NCBI RefSeq assembly: GCF_006345805.1
Contig: NC_043009.1
Coordinates: 45,446,001 to 45,510,000, forward strand
Direction: 5' to 3'
Source of the DNA: Octopus sinensis
Taxonomy: Eukaryota
Length of the DNA stretch: 64,000 bases
In this document: positions 53,589 through 64,000 of the stretch, piece after piece
Layout of the letters: each line of letters begins with the position of its first letter
How positions within the stretch are numbered: position 1 is the stretch's first letter
Notes under the pieces: generated by a model
The model's input: only the letters and a program-made list of their open reading frames with translations
Database searches by the model: none
What the model was told of the DNA's origin: nothing
Translations under genes and position numbers: made by a program

Positions 53589-54764
53589 ATGTTTGTTATT
53601 TCCGTATAATTTCCGTATAATCATATTAAGTAGTTATTGTTTGTTTTAGAATAGGTATAGCTCCTTTGGAAGTATTATTTGCATCGATGTTATGAAAATA
53701 TTCATGTATAAGCATTTGCAAATATTACTATAATTCACATACGCACGCACCCACACATACATATACAATCACACAGTCACTCACGCTGAAGTGTGAACGG
53801 ATCTTTTAGACATAAGCAAAATTGATATGGTTACTTCCTTACACAAGCACACTCGAACACATACATACTCAAATATACATACACGTTCTCACATATGCAC
53901 AGTTTCCTGCATATAGAACTAAGCCGTCTGTTGCACAGAAATATCATTTGTATGGCGGATTCTGTGACACAAATAGAATCGCTGACGCATTTATATAATG
54001 AGGAGATAGAAGTTATTAAGCGATATACTTACGTATTTCTATAAAGGTAATGCTGAAAATTAATGGGGACAGACCTATAGGAAATTGTTATGCACTTCTC
54101 ATTTGCAACGGTATTAACAGGACAGGTGAACCGGTTGTAGACGAGTGATAAATATGATTGCACACTTACTTTACAGAGATCTCATTGTTGTTTTATGTTT
54201 GTTTTTATGACGTACTAGATAGTCTGTGAATCGAATTAGCTCCCATCTGACGGAGGCTATGGTCTTAGTTCGATTTTCGGTGGCAGTTTTTTTTTTAATT
54301 CCATTTACTACTTTAGATAGACACATCTGTAATGACATATGCAGATGCTAATGAAGCAGAAGCAAAAGAGGAAAATTGTGTAGAAACTAAAGTATTCAGT
54401 GTCTCTTTTGCTTCTAGCTTTTTATTTTACAATCATCAAATACTATACCTACCAAATACAAGATTTTTATAAGGAAACAGCAGATGCAATGATCACGTAT
54501 TTAATAGGCTATATTCGTAATTAAAAGTCAAACAATTGACGATCTAGCCACATTGCTAATCGTATAAGTAGTTATTTTATCAATAAGGTGTATTATAAAT
54601 ACCTCAACCTCACAACTCCATTGAATGTCGTACAACATGTACGTAATTCGATTATTATGAGTCTATTAATATATCTATTTAACTTACTTTATTACTGTCA
54701 GTATGACTTCTCACTTAAGCCACAACACATAAACCGCATGCGTGCATACATGCATGTATATATG

Positions 54765-54827
<63 letters not shown>

Positions 54828-54895
54828 ACATATATATAGATATATACACATGCATATATTCATATGTGTATATATATATACAAATATATATATTC

Positions 54896-54936
<41 letters not shown>

Positions 54937-56103
54937 TATGTAATGTGTGTCAGTTAAAAGAGAACTACCGCCTATTGTAATAACAGCGTTGCTGAGATGT
55001 CATTGTAATTAATTATAACTGATAAACTAGTCTATTATCACACCGTAAGTGGCAGGTTGGTGGATAACAATCAATACATGATATGTTTTATTCGAAGTCG
55101 ATATTGTTTGCCTATAGTATTGTTTGTATATGGAGCAGCAAGCAATGAACGATAACACAAAGAATAATAAATGAATGCTAAATCATTTCACCTGAGTGTT
55201 AGGATGTTTGTGCTAATTCTATTATTGAAACACTGGTGATAGACAGATGTTACTTAATCATAAGGCTAGGACAGCCTGATTAGGTAAAACAACTAGTGAT
55301 AATTTGGTAATAATTGGAGCTCTTTGATGTTATACGGTATCTTTGTTGTGTTCATTAGGGGTTGAAAAATAGATGATGATTTGGAAGCACGTTAAAATTT
55401 TTTTTCTCCTTCCGTTGATTGAACAACAGCCATTACATATCAAATGCTGGGGAAAGAATGATATCTCGCATTAGACTAAGATCAAAGTCGGTAAAATAAA
55501 ATTGTTTCTTTTATGTGTTTGTTAATCTGCTTGCAAGTATTTGAAGCTATGTAAAATAATGAGGAAATTATATGATATGCATTCTTTAAAGTCAGGTTAT
55601 TTTTTAAATGTAAAATTGTGCATAGCGAAAATAGAATGTCAAACTAGATAATGGTACACATGTATTATATAGTTTTGTGGTATATTATGTATAGTCCAGT
55701 TGTATGAGGTTGTTTTAACATGACATTTGCCTACTAATAATTCACTGCTATACTTATTCACATAACATAGAAGATTGACTTCTGATGTGTAAATATGTAT
55801 TAATTCACAAGACTTGTATCATAAACTTGGGAATTGATTCTCCATAACAAAGAATTGTCTTTACTTATTGAACTGATATCAGCAAGAAACAAAGTAAAAT
55901 TATCAACCCAAAACGTGTTCTCTCTCTCTGATTTTGCCTCTGTTTCCCTCTCTCTTTCACCCCTCTCTCTCTCTCTCAATAGACAATCCATTGAAACCAT
56001 TAAAGTAGCTCTAGCAAGATTACATTAAATGTGATTGAGCATTGTATAATACATTACTGTTATATAACATTTCAGTGTTGTGTTTACTATAAAGTAAAAA
56101 AAT

Positions 56104-57216
56104 AAACAAGAGCACTCAAAGAGCGCAAACCTCGCCAAGGCAACACCAACGTCCTCTCAAGGATTAGCCGGAGATGATTTTTTAAAATGAGAATATCTGA
56201 AATAAACTCAACTGCTCTTATTAACGAGAATACTAAAAATGAACCCAACCATTCACAAAAGTTAAGTAAAAAAAAAAAAAAGAAAAATAATCCAGAATCC
56301 TTGTTCAGTACCTAATCGATCCCAATGGTAGTCATAGAATGAGAATGTGTGTGTGCGGACCGTGTTTATAATGCTGTGTGTGTGTCGTCAGCTGTGGGAA
56401 TAGGGACAGTTTTGTCTATGGAGGTCTTTTTTAGTCTATCCACTAATATAGTGCTTTTACGACCATTAAGGTCTATAGTGAAAAATGTATCCATGCATGA
56501 AAGAAAACCGAAAGGGCATGTTTACAGTGCTGCCAACTGAGGTTTAACAAGATTCGTTGCGCACAAAAATGTGAGTTCAAGAAGTAAAGCTTCCTTCAAA
56601 GCAGAGCTAGAAATGCCAGTGTCAAGTAGGTAAGAAGTTTTAAACATGAGCGATATATTCAAAATTGGTAAAGCTAAAAATAATCGAGGATGAATTGAAT
56701 TTATTATTGTTACTGAATATGTTAGTTTTATTTACTTTCTGAACGGTTTTGCTGCCGTTTGTTTATGTAGATTGATTTCTTTATCCATCAGTTTCTAGTA
56801 AGATAGAGACGCGAGTAAAATTAAGAATAAAGAAACGAATAAAGGCGGTGCTCCAGCATGGCCACAGTCAAATGACTGAAACAAGTAAAAGAGTAGAAGA
56901 GAACCCTAACCCTAACCCTAATTTACGTGGAAACCATGAGCGTGCTTTCAAGGGAGATAATCACAGAAATACTTGAAAGTCAAAGTAAGAACGTAATACT
57001 CCATGTAAAGAAAGGTATATATAACAAATAATACAGAATCCCTGTCCGGTATCGGATCGATCCTAAAATCTAATCAGTTTGTGCCAGTCACTAGGTCAAA
57101 GTTTCATTCGAATGCATCCAGCAGTTCTTGAGATAACTTTCCACGGATAAACATACAAACAAGCAAACAAACACAACTGAAAAAATACCGCCACCTTCGC
57201 TAAGGCGAAGGTAATA
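56104..57216 (+). mobile_element. Helentron/HINE-like non-autonomous element in two pieces (56104-56324 and 57033-57216) with intervening inserted DNA
   Basis: Starts AACAAGAG. The two pieces overlap in a duplicated CAGAATCC.TGT.C.GTA....ATCGATCC segment. It has an internal (CAAA)n and a 3' hairpin ACCTTCGC-TAAG-GCGAAGGT (57193-57212). The class is inferred from architecture only. Confidence 0.45.
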
Positions 57217-57499
57217 AACAAAATAAAAATAAACTTTATAAGCGCTAGAGTGTCGGACAACGTGATTAAGTCTATATAGTGACGGTCTTTCACGTACAAA
57301 TTTCAAAGAAACACCGAGGTCGATTTTGCCATTTATTTTTTCTTAACCGATAAAATAAAGTCAATGAAGTACTAGGGTCGATTTATATTATTGAAATATA
57401 ACATAAAGCACAACTGTCATAGAGCAGATCCAGTCTACATCCAGTAACTGAAAGACATGTCAAAGTAATATCAATGTACAAGGCAGTACAATTGTGTAC

Positions 57500-57630
57500 G
57501 AATGGCTGTGTAGTAAGTTGCTTGCTTACCAACCACATGGTTCCGGGTTCAGTCGCACTGCATGGCACCTTGGGCCACTGTCTTTTATTATAACCTGGAG
57601 CCGACCAAAGCCTTGTGAGTAGGTTTCATA
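57500..57630 (+). mobile_element. SINE family A 5' fragment
   Basis: Head only: TGGCTGTGTAGTAAG...GGTTCCGGGTTCAGTC...GGCACCTTGGG. Confidence 0.7.
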
Positions 57631-60600
57631 TGCTAGTGGACATAAGCATTTCAATGAATATTAGATTAGCAAAACTAAAGTACCATACTTGCTCATGTAT
57701 AATTCGCACTATTTCATTCTTGAGTTTAGCTAAAAAATCTAGGGTTCGACTTCTCCTCGGGTACATATTCTATTTATTCACGTTAGCACGTGCACATTTG
57801 TCTATTCTGATTGTAAATGTTCACATATACATGTGTGTATGTGTCTCTCATTGCCTTTCTCTTTCTATATACATATATGCATGTTTTATTCTGTGTGGGG
57901 TGTACCTGTGTGTGTGTTGCGTGACTGTTCGTGTCCGTATGTGTTCTAAAACACTGAAACATGCATCTATGAGTAGGTGTACGTATATTCATATTAATCT
58001 GTGCGTGATGGAAAATGCATTTGCTAGATATGGCTATTCTTCGGACTACTGCGAAAGTTGCATGAAAGAAACTGCATTCTAAAATTATTTTCTCACTTCA
58101 TAAATAAGACTGTAATATTCCGTATGTAAAAGAACATTAATTTATACAGTAACGAAGCACGACAAAGAACCTAAAGCATAACAAAATGGTAATAAGCAGC
58201 TGAAATCCAAAAGAATTTCAAGTGTCTTAATATACCTTTTGTTATGCTTCTATGAGATTTAAAATATTAAAGAACATATTAATGCGTTCACTTATAACAC
58301 ACACACACACACATTTATTTTATGTCAATCTTCGATAATTTTAAGCAATATTATGCAAAGACTTCTTTTGTTCTTTGTTAAATATCTATAAATAAAATTC
58401 GATGAAGTTTTATATATAAGATATTATTAGAACCCTATATGAAGCATAATATCATTGTATCTGGGTACATTTTATATTTATATTATTAACGATTTTTATA
58501 TTCTGCATATGTTACAGTAATAAATATTTGAGCTCGCTTACTTTTTCTACGAAAGATACATATAATGATTTAGTGGAATGCTTAAATACCTAAATCCACC
58601 GATATTTGTTATTGTGATATCCACTAGACCGAGACATTGCTACGGAGCTTATAATGATTGTTTAAGAAGACGCTTCTTCAGAGACTTCAGTAAATCAAGG
58701 ATGCTTATTTGAGGCGGTGTATTATCTCCTTTGTCTAGTGTGAAGCTACTGGAAATTGTTGACATAGTTGGTTAAGTATTGTTGCTGTTGTACAGATAAA
58801 CGTGGTATATGTCGGTTACAAGCTTTTGCTGTATTTTACAGTTAATAACTTACACAGAATCCAGTTTTAAAGTTAGTCGTTTTAATACCGTCGTTTAAAA
58901 CCCTGGCAATATTCAAGTAGAAAGTAGTAGTTACATAATTGCTGAGGGATGGTACTGTCAGATACAATATTTTGAGAATTAATTATATTAGTTAAATATA
59001 TTTTGAGACTTGGAATACGATGTGAACTGATGGCTAGCCGAGATCTGACACATATTTAGGCTTGGTTTAAGTACGGATTACAAGTGTGATAATGCTAGTG
59101 GGGAGAGCACGAAACTCGTACTATCCTGTTTTCCTATCCTATAAGCTTGAGCTATAAGTTTCTTTCCGCCTAGTAAAAATACACTATATAATTAGAACAG
59201 TTATTGAGTTTGAGAAAATGGTGAGACAATGCAATATATGGTTAAAAATATTTAGAATTCTTTTGGGTTCACATCTTACCTTTCGTCCTTTCACAAATTA
59301 GAAAAAAATAACATCAAGTAATTGTGGGATATATTATACTGGCTATGTATCCCACCCCACCTGAGAAAGTTGTCCTTCAATAAAAAAACAACAAAAAAAT
59401 CCGTATATGTTAGATTCTTATGAATACCATAATAACGAGTTCAATGACTTAAATTTGATGAGAATGATCGAGTAAATGTAAGACAATAGCTTTTGTTTCC
59501 TTCATGGAACTAGTTGCGTAACAAATAGATAAAGCACAATAGAAAGTCATTGAAACTAACACTAGTTGTAATAGATGATTGATATCGATTATAAACGTAC
59601 TAATCAGCCTAATTAAGACTTAATACCTCACCTGTGTAAGATTTAGCAGTATACTATCTTTTGTACTATAAACCGCGAGTTAGACTACTCGAAAATTAAT
59701 TAATCGGTCATTTAGTCGAGTAAGTCATTACTGATAATATATTTGAATAAAAGACAAATAAAGTAGGATTGGTATTAATTAGTATCAATTAGTATTAATT
59801 GACTGAGTAAATAACTGATTAATGTTTTTGCATGTATTGATGCCTTAATTTTGGTAATTTCTTAGTATAATACACCGTCGTTAAAGATTTCCTATACTGT
59901 ATAAACTTTGCTGTAGCACTATATGAAACTCTTTTCCAGTCGATCGTTAATTTTCATATGAGCCATGTCTGCATTGGAGAAGCGTGGAGAGTTTATTTCA
60001 TTGAAAGTGTTTAGATCAAGACAATCAAGCCGAATGTATTCTCACAAGAAAAGGAGAATTTCAACACTACTATAATTTATCGAAGTCTGTCTCTTATACG
60101 GATTTAATTATAATGATAACAATTCTATCTAATTTTGGATACAAAGCTATTTTGAGTGAAGGGAAGGAGTGAATTGATTACATCGATAACTATGCTCATC
60201 TGGTACTTATTTCATCGAGCGCGTATGAGTGAAAGGCGCCTCTGACCTCGGCAGCACCTATCCCTTTTCAAACATTAAGGTGTGATTTCAAAGAAATTCG
60301 TAGCAGTTCGAAGCACAACACCACTTATAATCCTTTACACTATCAATGCTCCAGAAGAGAAGTAAAATGTCCTTAGATGTTCATGTTTAGTTTTGTATGT
60401 TATGAATAGGAGTCAGCATATAACAAATTTTAACGTCAAATTTATAGAATTTTCAGTTCTAATTAGGGTTATATTATATAGCCTTAGAGATATTTAGTGC
60501 ACAGCCATTAAATCATATACTTGCTCGATTTAAGATATTTTTACATGCTGAGAATTTATATTGTATCTACCACTCCTTGGTTTTCGTTGTTACTACAAAT

Positions 60601-61375
60601 TAAAATACTAATTTTAATGACTGAGAGAGGCGTATCGTACAGCTAACATAAGCCGTCAATTAAGCAGAGAAAGAGAGAGAGAGAGAGAGAGGGGAGAGAA
60701 AGAGAGAGAGAGGGAGGGAGAGAGTGAAATAAAGAGAGAGAATGAGAGATTGTACAATTTAGTTCTGTAGACCACTTCATCGAATATCTGCTGCTAAGTT
60801 GCTAAATATATTTACTAAAGACTAACACGTCCTGTTTCTTTTCCTAAAGCATAGGTACTGCTTTTAAAATCATAGTATAGTATATATATTTCCTGATCAT
60901 TAAAAAAAATCATTAGCATTATTGCGTTACGGAACACTGATTCCCATACTAAATTCGTGGAAACAAGGCTTGTAAATTCCGCTCCAGGTCATCAATAAAA
61001 GAAAACCTGCATAGTTCAAAACCTCTAATATTTTTTTATGTACAAATACGAAGAAAGCTCTGCAAATAGAAGATAACAATAAATTGAAACGTTTCAAGCG
61101 ATTAAATATTGCTGAATAAAAAAGTTATTAAGTGTAATCTGTAAATATCGTTTACATTTAAGATATTTTTGTACTCAGTAAGATAGTACTGTCTCGAGTC
61201 CAAGCAATATTTAGGCGTAAGCGAAATTTAGGTTAGATAATATATGTCTATGACATGCTTCAACTTCTAAATGCAAACTTACTGTAGTTGCCGCGGAGAA
61301 AGGTTTTCTTATGGTAAAACAGTTAATGTCATTTGTTAAATCTACTCTATCTAGTTTGCCTTGTTAATATACCTA

Positions 61376-61470
61376 TGTATGTATGTATGTATGTATGTAT
61401 GTATGTATGTATGTATGTATGTATGTATGTATGTATGTATGTATGTATGTATGTATCTATCTATCTCTCT
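61376..61470. repeat. (TATG)n then (TATC)n array
   Basis: Directly visible. Other (TATG)n tracts lie at ~12432-12488 and ~27715-27770. Confidence 0.95.
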
Positions 61471-61776
61471 ATCTATGCATATATATAACCGGCAAATTTA
61501 ACAAAAACTTGCAAACTGTCAAAACCGAACCCGGACAATTCGTTGCTAATTCCTCATCATTCAACGTCGAAGGCATCATAATAGTTTTGCGCCGTTATCG
61601 TTGAGACTACTCTCACATTGGAGGCGCCAGTGCAAAAAAAAACACTGGGAAAAACTAACGAACGTACAGGACAATGACGAAAACACACAAGAGAAACTGA
61701 AATAATCATAATAATTATACATATGCAGCAAAAAAAAAACGTATGGCTCTCAGGCAGAGGAATGTGGGTATATATA

Positions 61777-61831
<55 letters not shown>

Positions 61832-62240
61832 GCTATTTCTTATTTATAATTCTACCTTTACGTTGCTTTATTTAGGTGAATTCACTGACCTCGCTTGTTT
61901 ACGGCTAGGCGTTCAGCGGAATAGACTAGCAAGATGTAGCGGTATTTTAAATTTTCGTCACAGGTGAATCTAGCTGATGAGAACGAATCAAATTTATGAT
62001 AACAACCGTATTCTGGACAGTCCAAAACTCGGGTTCGAGATTGCCCATTCTGGGTTGTCAATTTTTATGATGTTCTACCTAGAGGAAAGACGAAAGCTGT
62101 AAAGTTCGCTGCCCGCATACATCTGTGCCAGAATATATTTCAATGAAGAATTACATAGCATTGTATCGTTTGCTATTTCCAGCAAACATTGACGCCTTGT
62201 ACCTCTATTTCTTATACACACACACACATATATATGTATA

Positions 62241-62301
<61 letters not shown>

Positions 62302-62349
62302 TTATATATTTATATAGATAGATAGATAGATAGATAGATGTAGATGTAT

Positions 62350-62383
<34 letters not shown>

Positions 62384-63554
62384 TTAGATACATGTAGATG
62401 TATATGTACGTATATATATGTATATGCATTCATGCATGTGTATGTTTCTGCTGATTGCTTGCTCCCTGTAGCCAGAAGAGTGCAATCTCTTCATTGAACC
62501 TTGCAAGACTATATGATCGCAGGTGGCTCCTCAGATAGGCTTCTGTGTCCCGGTATCACCGGTTGAGTTGTGTCCATGTATTTGAATATAGCGGGTGAAA
62601 GTATCAGCTGATTTGCATATATCGATTTGCATATATCGATATGCATATATAAACTATACTGCTTCAGTGATCTTTAATGCCCTTTAGTTGTTTTGAATTA
62701 AAGAGTCAGCTACTTATTACAGGTTATTTTGTGTAGATTAATTAGTTTGGTACCCCTAAAATATTTATATTTCTCTTTAACTACCTTTAAGACCTCTACG
62801 TTTTTGGACTCGCGGGATATAATTTAAGGAAAATATTCAATATCATGTTTCCAACTAATCAAAATATACTCTCAATCTTTTCAAATATAATATCCGAACT
62901 GTAGCCGTTCCATAAAATATGAAGGCGCGTTAAAAATGTTTTTGGTGTAGATCCGTTTCCTCTTCTGTAATAAACAAAGATAAATGAAGTGAGCCATTCA
63001 TGAGATCATGTCCGAAAATAAAGGTCTTAAAAGCCAATGTTCGGCCTTATAGTGGAAATTTAGCTTTGTCACATATCCATTTTTCCATAATCACTGATGA
63101 CCAAATCGATAGAGTATCAAACGGCCATCGGAGCCGGAGTCGAGTAGCAATTTGTATAAAATGTATAAAATTGAGGTTGAAATGGAGAAAAGTACAGTAG
63201 CAGCGTCACAATAGCAAGAAGGAAGAAGAGGAGGAGGAGAAGAACAACAACAACAACACAACAATAATAACAACACCAGTAAAACTAACAAAAACAACAA
63301 CAGCATAACTGCAACAAGAACAACATTGAGAACAATAGCATCAGATATAGCAACATCTTAACAGTTGCTGCAATTCATCTTTATAGTAATATATGGGAGA
63401 GCATACGAGGAGTAATAGAGTGTTTGTTACTTTAAAATAGATGAAAGTAATTTTTCAGACACCTTGAGGAGGTTAACATCACACAATAACAATAATGTCT
63501 GTATATTCTGAGAGATAAATTATTTTAGCTATGATTTCAATGGTTCCAGGATTT

Positions 63555-63560
63555 TATTAC

Positions 63561-63618
<58 letters not shown>

Positions 63619-63694
63619 GTTGTTATTATTATTGTTACTGTTATTTTTATTGTTACTGTTATTTTTATTGTTATTGTTATTATTATTGTTGTTA

Positions 63695-63735
<41 letters not shown>

Positions 63736-63736
63736 G

Positions 63737-63774
<38 letters not shown>

Positions 63775-63780
63775 TCTGTT
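63555..63780. repeat. (ATT)n/(GTT)n trinucleotide array
   Basis: Directly visible. Confidence 0.95.
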
Positions 63781-63918
63781 ATTGATGACGATGATAATAA
63801 TTTTGGTTTTACACAACAAAATATATATAGAACTTGGCTGGAAAAAGTTGGGAGGAATTATAATAACGGTGCTCATACTACGAATGATAATACAAATATA
63901 ATAATGATAATAATAATA

Positions 63919-63953
<35 letters not shown>

Positions 63954-64000
63954 AATAACGAAATGATTTTTGCTTATGGATATTGAAACGATGAATATGT

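Noticed and set aside
53952-54044. Short ORF MADSVTQIESLTHLYNEEIEVIKRYTYVFL
   Set aside because: 30 codons with no recognisable homology or consistent splice sites.
61940-62070. CAG|GTGAAT junction and a CTGATGA-GAAC...GTTC-GAGA hammerhead-like string
   Set aside because: The pyrimidine tract is weak, GAAA is replaced by GAGA, and no stem I forms.

Overview
AT-rich, repeat-saturated eukaryotic DNA. It is most likely an octopus or other coleoid cephalopod intronic/intergenic region, inferred from the SINE families and the extreme microsatellite density. No host protein-coding exon could be confidently identified, and almost all supplied ORFs are translated microsatellites. The main coding feature is a near full-length L1/Tx1-type non-LTR retrotransposon (~41.6-47.7 kb). 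It has ORF1 with a CCHC knuckle and ORF2 with APE endonuclease, RT and C-terminal zinc finger, broken by frameshifts. It sits inside a (TATC)n array and is followed by a second, 5'-truncated copy in the same array, suggesting GATA/TATC microsatellite targeting. Also present: decayed Tc1 and mariner transposons, RTE and CR1 3' fragments, at least three tRNA-derived SINE families (including head-to-tail multimers, one with a 17-bp TSD), and several foldback MITEs. There is a near-perfect 204-bp palindrome and several other Penelope-like ends carrying hammerhead-ribozyme-like motifs, plus a candidate recursive splice site (50.9 kb). No CRISPR, rRNA or intact tRNA genes were seen.
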